A stretch of DNA of 64,000 nucleotides from Candidatus Delongbacteria bacterium (GCA_963663545.1 OY760505.1:512001-576000), one strand, 5' to 3'. Numbered from the stretch's first letter, positions 31,001 through 39,925 are shown. Program-made: numbers and translations. Notes: generated from the letters alone by a model not told the origin.

Positions 31001-31435
31001 AGCGGTGTCGATGCTGAGTTGGGCAATTCCGCTGCCGGGAGCTTCGGCTTCTGCCACAGCGAGGACGTAGTACGAATAGCGGTGGCCGTTCTGCAGGCCC
31101 AGGTCGAGGTAGCTGGTTTGTGTCACGCTGGTACGCAAGCTGAAGGCAGCGTCGTCAACACTGCGGTAGAGGTGATACAATTCGATGCCGGGCACATCGG
31201 GCGCCAGCCAGTTCAGCAGCGCGCCGCCTTGGGTGAGACTCGCACTTAGCTGGTAGGGGTCGCCCTGAGTGGCAGGATTCTCGGGGTCCAGCGGATTGTT
31301 GTGCGCGGGACTGGAGGGTGTATCACCCGTGCACGCGCCAAGCGCCAGCAGCAGCGGAAACAGGAGCCGCAGCGCCACGCGAAGAGTTCGCGTCCAGCTC
31401 AGTGGATTGCTGCTGTTGCTTGCGATCGGATACAT
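28076..31435 (-). CDS. Large lipoprotein: Fn3-like domain, repeated beta-sandwich modules, C-terminal FGE-sulfatase/CLec domain
   Basis: LGA-C lipobox, NPLDP, repeated W.L..G.G.K.V motif, RLPTEAEWEYAA, RVLRGGDW, GFR. Confidence 0.85.
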   Translation of the reverse strand: MYPIASNSSNPLSWTRTLRVALRLLFPLLLALGACTGDTPSSPAHNNPLDPENPATQGDPYQLSASLTQGGALLNWLAPDVPGIELYHLYRSVDDAAFSLRTSVTQTSYLDLGLQNGHRYSYYVLAVAEAEAPGSGIAQLSIDTAPVLVIGDGAATTITRDVPLTFIAYGALRMRIWEGAPSDSSGAPWQEPVSALDWQLSTGAGSKTIYAQAGFEENDVSPLASASIAPAALLPQLSINAGELYTPSRYVSVELSGTGATAYQLSNEPFAEALTTHGRSAQTPAALPLAKGRRLDEDWSPLENASATVGWELETGMGTKTVYLLLRNDFFIEARKQASIQPRLPSQLSFQILGGDTITTGVVTLHLCAQWADSVRIANEQIETQTPWQVFGDTLLQWELEDGSARTAPARSTGEPWRISLTTLRATQKGLALWRDTDEGAHQVQVQFKNSFEVPSSILQDEVVVEIPARVTIADGATETTTRFVQLDLWSESADEMAVDTILSQLQTSPHWQPFVSQLDSFALAHGAGMKHVFARFRNASGAISSAYADSIEVAAILPSLIIGDGSDSVLHRLQTLQLTGAGAVEYQLANESPTASALASNSGRRAASTLSTQSAVSRDEEWLPFVPSVEWLLSEGAGEKIVTLRLRNDFLVVEETSACVTPAEVQGRIDFAQTYTRFDNATLAIQSTGALEMALATEAEPSSLHWEPLSQSRDWPLTSGDGWYHVHAWLRNEFQQNTGSLLDSIARDTHCALDSLFFIPQQTASRGDTLLLSVFLASDSLGAETGAALELELNAALALPLTELDTAQYQLQWPLADDWIGFRDTLTLRVGDRAGNVIHTSLAAPRWACVSVPAGDFRMGDVDAATPEHEVTLTQGVLLDAYEVSNAQYAAALQWAWEQGLVQADAGSVSAYGQELLDLNGVSELSFDGALFQVEAGRELYPVMEVSWYGAACYCDWRSTICGLEPFYLGNWAQSVSHNPYLANGYRLPTEAEWEYAAQFDDERDYPWGDTTPNASLLNYDNLLGWTAPTGSYPLTGLGFFELAGNVQEWCGDWWASYSSAPATDPLGAATGTQRVLRGGDWFHDGELVRCADRNHEDPASSASFIGFRTVCSQVPSP

Positions 31436-31509
31436 GGCGTCCCATTCCCGCTTGATTCGTGGACAGGGATATAAAGAACGCTGTGCTTTTAGCCAACCCT
31501 CCCCTCTTC

Positions 31510-31704
31510 ATCGCTATCGGTATCGGTATCGGTATCGCTATCGATTCTTTTCTCTTCTCCCCTGGATTCCAGAGGACGAAAGGCAAACAGCCTGTCGCGA
31601 TATTGAGCCAATCCCGACTCGAGCCTGGCTCATTTGCTGGTTGGATTCATGCTGCCGGAACGTGAGGAACGATACCGATCCTGCCGCTTGCGGCAGGCAC
31701 CGAT
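31510..31704. repeat. Oppositely oriented (GGTATC)n tract and ACCGAT-hairpin element
   Basis: ATCGCTATCGGTATCGGTATCGGTATCGCTATCG at 31510; CGATACCGAT-CCTGCCGC-TT-GCGGCAGG-CACCGAT at 31670. Confidence 0.8.
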
Positions 31705-31713
31705 AAGAAGAGA

Positions 31714-32313
31714 TCACTCTGTCGGGGTAGACTCCAGTACTGCGCGATAATCGGCATCCAGCACTCGGGCGAAATCGTCACCCTCGGCGGTATAGATTGC
31801 GCGTATCACGCCCTGGGCGTCGGCCAGAACGGTGATGGGCAGACTGGAACGCGTGGCCTCGCTGCCGGACAGGGGAATACCGAAGCGCTCGGCAACAGCG
31901 CCGAAGCGGTCCTGCACCAGCGGCAGGGTCCAGGCGTGCTTCGCGCGCGCCTCCTCGACGACCTCCAGCTTCTCACCCACATTGATGAAAAGCATGTTGG
32001 GAGCGGGCTGCAGGCGTAGTGTGTCCTGCCAGGCCTGCAACTGGTTCATACCGCGACGGCAGGACGCGCACCAGCTGGCCCAGAAGCCGATGAGGACGGG
32101 GCGCTCCTCCTTGAGCAGCGTGCGCCGTGATACAATATCGTTGGCGGCTACAGGCAGGGCAAAGGCAGGCAATTGCTGGCCGACCACCAATGTGCCCAGG
32201 CTGTCGGCTTTGCGGGTCGGAAGCTCCCTGGCCCCGGCAAGGGCGGGCAAGAGGAGCAGCAGGAAGAAAACCGCCGGCCAATGGCACCGGCGGTGAGTTG
32301 TCATCGTGTTCAT
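31714..32313 (-). CDS. Exported TlpA/ResA-like thioredoxin
   Basis: Signal peptide, FWASWCASC, LP motif; start 32313 or 32304. Confidence 0.85.
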   Translation of the reverse strand: MNTMTTHRRCHWPAVFFLLLLLPALAGARELPTRKADSLGTLVVGQQLPAFALPVAANDIVSRRTLLKEERPVLIGFWASWCASCRRGMNQLQAWQDTLRLQPAPNMLFINVGEKLEVVEEARAKHAWTLPLVQDRFGAVAERFGIPLSGSEATRSSLPITVLADAQGVIRAIYTAEGDDFARVLDADYRAVLESTPTE

Positions 32314-32327
32314 AGTGTCCGGGCGAA

Positions 32328-32948
32328 TCAGTAGTTGGATTCCAGTTCGCTGTCGTTGTTCATCTGGCGGTTGAGCTCGATGGCGCGCTCCATGTTGCGG
32401 CGATCGGTCTCTTCCTTGGCCTGCTGCCAGCGTTCTTCCAGCAGCTGCTCGGCGAACTCCTGTGGCGCGCTGCGTGATACACGCACCAGGCAGAAGGAGC
32501 GGAAGTAGTTGCGCACGCGGCCCTGCTCCTGGCGCTGCACCTGCTGATCGTGCCACTCGGCCACGTCGGGGCGCAGAATGCCCATGGATTCGAAACTGCC
32601 CACGGCCTCATCGGCCATGCCCGAATTGATGATATCGTCCACCACACCGGCGGCGGCCAGTACGCGTGTCACACGGCGCTTGCCGTAGGTGCCCAGGGCC
32701 TCCAGCGCCTGCTCGTAGGCAGCCATGCGGGCGTCGTTGCGCGCCTCCTGCATGGTGGTGAAATTGCGCGAGGTGCCCACGTAGGCCTTAAATTCCTTGT
32801 CGCTTTCGCGGTTGGGGTCGCCCACCCACTTGGGCATTTCCTGGCCCGAAAGGATGGTCTCGTCGCCCACCATTCTCTGCTTGGCACCACAACCGAGCAG
32901 GGTCAGCAGTACACTCAGCATCACAACAACCGGAATCAGCTTCTTCAT
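32328..32948 (-). CDS. LPP20-like lipoprotein
   Basis: LLG-C lipobox, PKWV, YVGTS...EARNDARMAA. Confidence 0.7.
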   Translation of the reverse strand: MKKLIPVVVMLSVLLTLLGCGAKQRMVGDETILSGQEMPKWVGDPNRESDKEFKAYVGTSRNFTTMQEARNDARMAAYEQALEALGTYGKRRVTRVLAAAGVVDDIINSGMADEAVGSFESMGILRPDVAEWHDQQVQRQEQGRVRNYFRSFCLVRVSRSAPQEFAEQLLEERWQQAKEETDRRNMERAIELNRQMNNDSELESNY

Positions 32949-32986
32949 GCTTGCTTCTCCTTCTCCATTCTATGTCCTGGCCCGCG

Positions 32987-33592
32987 CTACCACTGGTCGC
33001 TGCGCAGGCGGTCCATCAACTCCAGAGCACGATTGATATTGCGCTGATCCTGTTCGTCGGCCTTTGCCTGGGCCTGAGTGCGAATGGCGTCCGCCATGGA
33101 TTGCTCGGCGTCGGCGTTGGACCAGTTCACCAGCACGTAGGCGCGATAGTAGTACTCCAGGCCAAGCTGCGTGGTGCGCGCCCACTTTTGCACGTGGAAT
33201 TCGCGCGCGCGGGTGCGAATTTCGGCCTCGCTGACCATGCGCGTGGCGTCGTCGAGCACCATGCCGGGATCGAGGATGGCGCTGGCGGTGCCGGTGGAAC
33301 TGATGACCTGCTCCACCAGGTGCTGGCCGTAGGTGCCCATGGCGTCGATGATCTGCTGACGCGCGTTCTGCAGCGCGTTATCGCGGGCCTCGCCCTCGCT
33401 GGCAAAGTTGTGACTGGTACCGCAGAAGGCTTTGGCTTCTTTGCTGTCCTCGCGGGCGGGTTCCAGCGTCCAGCGCGGCGCATCGTCACCGGCGAGCAGT
33501 TCTTCGTAGCCAATGGGATGGTGCTTGCTGGCGCAGGCGTTGACCAGCAGTAAAAGCGCAAAGGTGGCGAGCAGCGGCAGGGTCTTCCTCAT
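32987..33592 (-). CDS. LPP20-like lipoprotein (paralog of 32328..32948)
   Basis: VNA-C lipobox, PRWT, FCGTS...EARDNALQNA; RBS AAGGAG. Confidence 0.7.
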   Translation of the reverse strand: MRKTLPLLATFALLLLVNACASKHHPIGYEELLAGDDAPRWTLEPAREDSKEAKAFCGTSHNFASEGEARDNALQNARQQIIDAMGTYGQHLVEQVISSTGTASAILDPGMVLDDATRMVSEAEIRTRAREFHVQKWARTTQLGLEYYYRAYVLVNWSNADAEQSMADAIRTQAQAKADEQDQRNINRALELMDRLRSDQW

Positions 33593-33675
33593 ACTGTTCT
33601 CCTTATGACTGTGGGCTGTCAAATTGGTGCACGGGGAGCGAAGAGACAAGAGCCGGATAACTGGCACGTGCTAAG

Positions 33676-33792
33676 GTACCGACTCCGTCGGTATCGGTGC
33701 CTGTCACTATGCGACAGGATCGGTATCGGTATCGGTATCGGTATCGGTGCCTGTCACTACGCGGCCGGATCGGTACTGGTATCGAGATCGGC
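33676..33792 (-). repeat. (ACCGAT)n-hairpin interspersed element
   Basis: Two CCTGTCAC...GG hairpins separated by ATCGGT repeats. Confidence 0.85.
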
Positions 33793-33818
33793 GCAATGTG
33801 CAGCGCAACTAGCCCGCC

Positions 33819-35759
33819 TCATGGAGTAGCCGTCCTGACAAGACGGAGGCCCAGACTGCGGTACGTGTTCGACGGGGCGGGGTTGAGGCGAAAGGCGCAG
33901 CGCAGGAGGGACGCGCGGTTGTCCCAGCTGCCGCCCCGGCCCACACGGCGGGAGCCGCTTTGCGGCCCAGTGGGGTTGCTCACACTGCCACTACTGTAAC
34001 TACCATACCAATCACTGCACCACTCCCACACGTTGCCGTGCATGTCGTACAAACCCCAGGCGTTTGGCTGTTTCTGTCCCACCGGGTGGGTCTTTGTACT
34101 GGCATTGCCACTGTACCATGCATACTGACCCAGTTGCGAAGCGCTGTTGCCAAAGTGATAGGCACTCTGGCTACCCGCGCGGCAGGCGTACTCCCACTGC
34201 GCCTCGGTGGGCAGGCTGTAGCGCCAGTTTGTATCACGCTGGCCCAGCTTGCGCACAAACTCCTGCACATCATTCCAACTCACCCTCTCCACCGGCAGAT
34301 TGTCGCCCTTGAAGTTTGAAGGGTTGCTGCCCATGATCTCGCGCCACTGCGCCTGGGTCACTTCCGTCGTCATCATTTGAAAGGCGTCCAGTGTCACCTT
34401 GTGTACGGGGCCCTCCTCCTTATGGCGCCCGCTCTCACTGTTTGGGCTGCCCATGCGAAATCTGCCGGCGGGGATGCTGACAAAGCTCATGCCGGACAAG
34501 GGGCCGCTGAGTGTACCCGCTGGTTGTCTTCCACTTTGAGCAACCTGCGTTTGTGATACAGCGGCCTGCACTTCCCATTTGGCTTCTGTCACCTCCCGCT
34601 CGCGTATCACGATCTGCTCCTCGCGCACACCCACCTTCAGCTTGTGCTGGCCGATGGGCAGTTTCATGCGGTGCGGCGTCTGGCCTACGGATACACCATC
34701 GACGCTTACGGGCAGCACCTGTGCGTTGCCTTGCGGGTCGTGGGCGCTTACGCTCAGGCCGCCCTCGCGTATCACAAGCTTGAACTCGGCTGTGCAGTGC
34801 TCGCCGCGCTGCACCTGCACGCTGCGGCTCTCGGTATAGACTTGTGACACATCGCCCACCTCCACCTGGTGGCTGCCGAAACCCAGCACCGTATCACGCA
34901 GAGGAGTGCGGCCCTTGGCCTCGCCATCGATGGTCACGGGCTGATTGGTTGGCGTCGAGCTCACCGTGAGGTAGCCGAACGTAGGTGTCAGGGTGTAGGC
35001 CAGCTCGCGATTCGTGGCGATGTTCTCGCTGGTGCTGAAGTCTTCGTAGCGGGCCAGCGACAGTTTGACACGAACCGGGCCTTCGGGAAGCTGGCGCGAG
35101 CAGGGCGTTTCGCCCACATAGCTGCCGTTCAGGTAGAGGGTGGCTCCCGGTGGTGTGCTGGCAAACTGCACCACGTAGTCGGTGTTGGTGTCGAAGTCCC
35201 AGTCAGCTGCGGCAGCGCTACCAGAAGATGTGCCGCCCAGGTTCAAACCTTCGGGAGCGGCCAGGATGAAAAGCCGGGACGCCTGATCGCAGGCACAATC
35301 CTTCAGCTTGAGCCACCCTTGGGCGCTGCACTCGGCCATGTCCAGCATGTTGCCGCTGGCGGTTTCGTAAAAGGTGAGCTGAATCAGATAGCTGCCCGCA
35401 CCTGCCGGAATGATTTTGCTGGAAAGCAGCCAGTCGGCCTGCAGGCTGCGGGCCATCGAGAGTTGGCAGCTCGCGTCCAGGCACTGGGTGTCGATCTCGT
35501 TGTCGCGCAGAATTTGCAGGGTAGTGGCCGAGGTCAACACCAGCGCCTTCTGCCCCATCACGGCACGCGCCTGGCCGCGCAGGGCGTCCAATATGGCGTC
35601 ATGCTGATCACCGTTGATTCCGGCGATGGGTGTGGTGCTCTGGTCCAGAACGGCCACGATCTGCTGCTGGGCAGAAGAAGGCAATGCGGTGATACACAGC
35701 GCGATGAGCAACAGCAGTGCGTGCAGGTGCCCCTGGCGGGGAGAGTGTGTGCGGATCAT
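33819..35759 (-). CDS. Exported PEGA-repeat protein with C-terminal FGE-sulfatase/CLec domain (candidate DGR target)
   Basis: Signal peptide, STPPGATLYLNG PEGA motifs, LPTEAQWEYACRAG, YDMHGNVWEW, RVGRGGSW. Confidence 0.88.
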   Translation of the reverse strand: MIRTHSPRQGHLHALLLLIALCITALPSSAQQQIVAVLDQSTTPIAGINGDQHDAILDALRGQARAVMGQKALVLTSATTLQILRDNEIDTQCLDASCQLSMARSLQADWLLSSKIIPAGAGSYLIQLTFYETASGNMLDMAECSAQGWLKLKDCACDQASRLFILAAPEGLNLGGTSSGSAAAADWDFDTNTDYVVQFASTPPGATLYLNGSYVGETPCSRQLPEGPVRVKLSLARYEDFSTSENIATNRELAYTLTPTFGYLTVSSTPTNQPVTIDGEAKGRTPLRDTVLGFGSHQVEVGDVSQVYTESRSVQVQRGEHCTAEFKLVIREGGLSVSAHDPQGNAQVLPVSVDGVSVGQTPHRMKLPIGQHKLKVGVREEQIVIREREVTEAKWEVQAAVSQTQVAQSGRQPAGTLSGPLSGMSFVSIPAGRFRMGSPNSESGRHKEEGPVHKVTLDAFQMMTTEVTQAQWREIMGSNPSNFKGDNLPVERVSWNDVQEFVRKLGQRDTNWRYSLPTEAQWEYACRAGSQSAYHFGNSASQLGQYAWYSGNASTKTHPVGQKQPNAWGLYDMHGNVWEWCSDWYGSYSSGSVSNPTGPQSGSRRVGRGGSWDNRASLLRCAFRLNPAPSNTYRSLGLRLVRTATP

Positions 35760-35841
35760 TCTTCTTCCTGTCTGGTGGAGTGTCGGCGAGCAAAGTAGCG
35801 AATCTTCAGCTGGCTGTGGAAGCGGCCTGCAGACGAGGGGT

Positions 35842-35881
35842 CTGGCACCCACCTGGCACCTGTCTGGCACGGGTCTGGCAC
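35842..35881. promoter_or_regulatory. Four CTGGCAC heptamers at 11-bp period
   Basis: CTGGCAC at 35842, 35853, 35864 and 35875, upstream of the PEGA-FGE gene. Confidence 0.55.
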
Positions 35882-36296
35882 CTCGCTCTAACTGCAAGCT
35901 GAAACGAAGCACCTGCTCGGTGCGCACAGGTATGGCCTGCTCCGTCCGGAGCCGGATAGGCGTCAGGCACGAACCTTCATCGAGTTCAGTCTGCAGAGCG
36001 GCGGGCCTTCAGCCCTGCTCGGCTAGAATGGGTCTCTACCTGGGGCGATGGCTGGGATGAGATATAACCGGGCCTGCGTCCCTGCCGAAGTCATGTAGCA
36101 CGGTGGGGTTTCGTCGCGGCGCCCGTGCGTAAGGTGGGCGCCAGGCAGGTCCCATGATAGAACCGACTCCGTGTGCCAAGCCTTGGTCACGATCGATCCT
36201 GCATTGAGCCACTCACGGGTACGCTGCCCGAACTCGACGAAGGCGCACAGCAACTCATGTGACGATAAAACAGCTTGCGAAGCGCGGCTTCGTCGC

Positions 36297-36350
36297 CTTG
36301 TTGACTGCCACCCATGTAACGCCCAAGCAGGCGTGGGCGCAGTCAACAAG
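36297..36350. other. Inverted-repeat stem-loop downstream of the FGE lipoprotein gene
   Basis: CTTGTTGACTGC / GCAGTCAACAAG perfect 12-bp stem enclosing CGCCCA/TGGGCG. Confidence 0.7.
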
Positions 36351-36395
36351 CCCCTGTTTGGAAAGCAAACTGCCGAGCTACTCCATGAGCCCCGC

Positions 36396-39170
36396 TCATG
36401 GGATAGCCGTCCTGACAAGACGGAAGCCCAAGCCGTTGTACGTGCTCGACGGGATATCGTATCTGCGGCACGCACATCGGACGCTCACGGCAATGTCGAT
36501 CCAAGTGCTACCCCGAAACACGCGGTGGGAGCCTTCAGTAATTCCGTACGGGTCAGATTGAGTAGTGCTGCTGTAGTTGTCATACCAATCACCACACCAC
36601 TCCACGGCATTGCCCGCCAGGTCGTAGAAGCCACAGCCCGTCGGCGGATAACTGCCCACCGGTGTGGTCCAACCCACACAGTTGTTGTAGTTCAAGCGCT
36701 CACAGGAAGGGGATTCATTGCCCCAAGGGTAGCTACGCTCATCGTCCCACTGGGCGGCGTACTCCCACTCGGCCTCCGTGGGCAGGCGGTAGCCCTGGGC
36801 CAGATAGGGATCGTGTTCGGGAGTCTGGTCCCAGTTCACATTGGTGCCGTCACCGTAGAAGGGTGGCAGACCCGCCAGCGCGCTGCGCCAATCGCAATAG
36901 CAGGCGGCCCCGTACCAGCTGACTTCGATCACGGGGTGTTGCTCGCGCCCCGCATCCACGCTGAACTGGCCCCCGGAGTAGGAGATCTCGCAGGTACCAT
37001 CCAGGTTCAGCAACTCCTGGCCGTAGGCCTGCACACTGCTGCTGCTGGTACTCACCAGGCCCTGGCCGAGCGCCCACTGCAGGGCTTCGAGGTACTGCGC
37101 GTTGGTGACCTCGCATCTACCCAGCAGGAAATCGTGGGTTAAAGTGACCGAATGCTCTGGTTCAGCCACGCCTGATTGCCCCATTATGAACTCACCTGAA
37201 GGGACGCGAATGAAATCCGCCTCCAGATAGGGTGCATCTAACACTTGGGTCTGCCGATTTCCCACTCGGTCCTCTACTCTGGCCTGGAACTGTTCGTTGA
37301 AGCCAGCCACGGCCTCGGGCACAGTCCATTGCAGGGTGTAGAGACCGTTACCCGCAGCGGGCAGGATCAGGGTGGTGTTGGCGTTCACCACCACCTGCAC
37401 CTGGGCTCCCGTCTCGGCGCCAAAGGCATCGGGCGCCAGCTGCACGCGAAAGGTCAGGGAATCACCTTCACAGACGATCTCACGACCTTCCCAGGTGAAG
37501 GACTGAATGCTGCATTGAGTATCCAAGCCGATAGAGTCAGGAGTAGTAGTCACGGCAAAGAACTCGTGACGGAACCAGCCGTGGACCGGGTACCAGCCAT
37601 CACCCGCACCCAGCGACCAGGCCAGGCTGTCCGCCAACGGCTGCCAGACAAGCTCCTGCGGTTCCTCCTCGGCGGACAGAGCCATCTCCAGGGCACCGGT
37701 CGTTTGCAGCTGAAGCCAGGCCACGCTCTGATTGGTGAAGTCCGCAGAGAAGGCAAGGCTGGCGTCGAGGGGCGATGGCGTGATACTCGCTGTGACCTCC
37801 GCCTGCATGTCGAAATCGTTCTTCAGCCGCAGATAGACAGTCTTTGTGCCTTCGCCCGTCAATAGCTCCCAGTCCAGACTTAGGCTGGGGAACTCCATCG
37901 GTATCCACTCTTCATCGGTGGTCGCGCCCTTAGCGGGGACCTCAGCGCACGCTGAGCGCCGCTTGGAACCGCTGTCAGCCGCTGCAGCGGCCGGGTTGAA
38001 GGGCTCATTGGACAATTGATAGGCCAATGCGCCAGTGCCGGCGAAGGCCAGCTGCACCAGGCGCGTTGGCGTGTACTGGGCGCTGTCATTGATGCTGAGG
38101 CTGGCGTCGAGCGGCGATGGCGTGATACTCGCTGTGAGTTCAGCCTGTATCTCGAAATCGTTCTTCAGCCGCAGATAAACGGTCTTCGTCCCCTCACCCG
38201 TCAAGAGCTCCCAATCCACGCTCAGACTGAGGGACTCCATCGGTATCCACTCATCATCGGTAGTCGCACCCTTAGTGGGGATCATCGCCCGCGCTGAGCG
38301 CTGGACAGTACCGCTACCAGCCGCCGCAGTAGCCGGGTCGATGGGCTCGTTGGACAACTGATAGGCCACGGCACCAGTGCCGTCGAAGTCCAGCTTCACC
38401 AGGCGCGTCGGCGTGTACTCGTCGCCATCGTTGATGCTGAGACTGGCCTCAATTGGCGCTGGCGTGATACTCGCACTAGACAGCGGTGATACCTGCCCCT
38501 CGTCGGACTGCGCCACGGCGTAGAGGGTCTTCTCGCCCGAGCCCGCGGCCAGCTGCCAGGCCAGCGAAGTGCGGGCGTCCTGCCAGGGGGCGCCTGAGCT
38601 GTCGGAAGGTACCCCCTCCCAGATGCGCATCTGCTGCGCACCGTAGGCGGTGAAGGTCAGTGTGACATAGCGCGTGGGTGTAGTGGATGAGCCATCGCCG
38701 ATCTGTAGTACCGGCTCGGTGTTGATGCTGATTTGTGCTACACCGCTGGCGTCCGCCTCCTCTGAGCCCACGGCCAGCACATAGTAGCTGTAGCGCTTAC
38801 CGTTTTGCAGGTTCAGATCGACAAAGCTCGTGGCCGTCGGGCTGGAGAGCAGTTCATAGGCAGCGTCGTTGACACTGCGATACACGTGATACACGTCAAT
38901 ACCGACAACGCCCGGGTCCTGCCAGACCAGGTTGGCACCACCGTTTTGCAGCGTCACTGTCAGCTCGTAGGGATCACCACCGGTCGCGGGATTGCCGGGA
39001 TCCAGCGGATTATCCCTCCCCGGCTCTGCGGGAGTCTCGCCCGTGCAGGCGGCCAGAGTCCAGGTCAGCGCCAGCAGCAGGCTCGCCGCCAGGCCCAGGA
39101 CCAGACGTGAACGCCACGTATTCTTTTGTATCACGCTCGTCGCTTGTCTGCGTGTTCTCGTCGTGCTCAT
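36396..39170 (-). CDS. Large lipoprotein paralog of 28076..31435 with a 114-aa tandem duplication and FGE-sulfatase/CLec domain
   Basis: LAA-C lipobox, NPLDP, 342-bp internal repeat, RLPTEAEWEYAA; RBS GAGGGAG before ATG 39170. Confidence 0.85.
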   Translation of the reverse strand: MSTTRTRRQATSVIQKNTWRSRLVLGLAASLLLALTWTLAACTGETPAEPGRDNPLDPGNPATGGDPYELTVTLQNGGANLVWQDPGVVGIDVYHVYRSVNDAAYELLSSPTATSFVDLNLQNGKRYSYYVLAVGSEEADASGVAQISINTEPVLQIGDGSSTTPTRYVTLTFTAYGAQQMRIWEGVPSDSSGAPWQDARTSLAWQLAAGSGEKTLYAVAQSDEGQVSPLSSASITPAPIEASLSINDGDEYTPTRLVKLDFDGTGAVAYQLSNEPIDPATAAAGSGTVQRSARAMIPTKGATTDDEWIPMESLSLSVDWELLTGEGTKTVYLRLKNDFEIQAELTASITPSPLDASLSINDSAQYTPTRLVQLAFAGTGALAYQLSNEPFNPAAAAADSGSKRRSACAEVPAKGATTDEEWIPMEFPSLSLDWELLTGEGTKTVYLRLKNDFDMQAEVTASITPSPLDASLAFSADFTNQSVAWLQLQTTGALEMALSAEEEPQELVWQPLADSLAWSLGAGDGWYPVHGWFRHEFFAVTTTPDSIGLDTQCSIQSFTWEGREIVCEGDSLTFRVQLAPDAFGAETGAQVQVVVNANTTLILPAAGNGLYTLQWTVPEAVAGFNEQFQARVEDRVGNRQTQVLDAPYLEADFIRVPSGEFIMGQSGVAEPEHSVTLTHDFLLGRCEVTNAQYLEALQWALGQGLVSTSSSSVQAYGQELLNLDGTCEISYSGGQFSVDAGREQHPVIEVSWYGAACYCDWRSALAGLPPFYGDGTNVNWDQTPEHDPYLAQGYRLPTEAEWEYAAQWDDERSYPWGNESPSCERLNYNNCVGWTTPVGSYPPTGCGFYDLAGNAVEWCGDWYDNYSSTTQSDPYGITEGSHRVFRGSTWIDIAVSVRCACRRYDIPSSTYNGLGFRLVRTAIP

Positions 39171-39251
39171 CGTGCTCCCTCGCATTCCTGCTTCCCTCTT
39201 CTCGCTTCTGGTCCGGCCCTGTGGCATGGCGTGATCCAGCAGGCGCTGGCG

Positions 39252-39734
39252 CTACTCTTCCCCGTAGCGGCTGCTGCGCTCGCGTACGACAAAATCGACC
39301 TCGCAGCCCAGCAGGCTCAGCAGTTGCAGCAGTTGTCCCATGGATTTGCGCGTGTTGGCGGTGTCAAGCAGGCGGTAGAACTGCGTGGCCGAAGTGCCCA
39401 GGCGGCGCACCATTTCGCGCTTGCTCATCTTGCTGGCGGCCACGCGGCGCTCCACCTCTAGGTTGAGTTTGTGCAGTAGCAGCTCGGCCATGTACTCGGG
39501 GTCGCGGTTGACCTCGAGCACCTGGTCCAGGTGCACACTGCCCTCGCTGCCGTCTTTCAAGGTATAGGTGAAGGCCTCGTGGCCGAAGTCGGGGTCGCTG
39601 GCCACTTGCACCACGCCGTTGCCGCGCTCAGGCACGGGCTGCAGGTTGGCGTAGGGCAGCTCCCAGCTTTTGCCACCGGCGCTGACTACAAAACACCGCT
39701 TGCGGTTGTTGGCTTTGACATGGTCGATCTTCAT
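39252..39734 (-). CDS. Putative antitoxin with C-terminal HTH
   Basis: SKREMVRRLGTSATQFYRLLD HTH; ATGA overlap with the upstream small gene. Confidence 0.7.
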   Translation of the reverse strand: MKIDHVKANNRKRCFVVSAGGKSWELPYANLQPVPERGNGVVQVASDPDFGHEAFTYTLKDGSEGSVHLDQVLEVNRDPEYMAELLLHKLNLEVERRVAASKMSKREMVRRLGTSATQFYRLLDTANTRKSMGQLLQLLSLLGCEVDFVVRERSSRYGEE

Positions 39735-39925
39735 AGCAGGCCCTCCCGGCGCAACTCCAAAATGAGGTCGAGGATTCTTCGGGTTGCTTCGCCCTTCATT
39801 GACATCCAGTTCTCCAGATCCCATTTCACCACCAGTTTGCCTTCCTTGTAGACATGCACGTGGTGTGGGCTGTGATCGCCGATCCAGCTCAGGAACACGA
39901 AGTTGCCCCGCTTGATCTTCGTCAT
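39731..39925 (-). CDS. DUF4160-like small protein, putative toxin
   Basis: 64 aa, DHSPHHVHV motif; RBS GGAGG. Confidence 0.7.
   Translation of the reverse strand: MTKIKRGNFVFLSWIGDHSPHHVHVYKEGKLVVKWDLENWMSMKGEATRRILDLILELRREGLL

Noticed and set aside
35928..36395. DGR template repeat or RT between the two FGE genes
   Set aside because: No AAC-rich copy of the variable region and no RT motifs anywhere in the window
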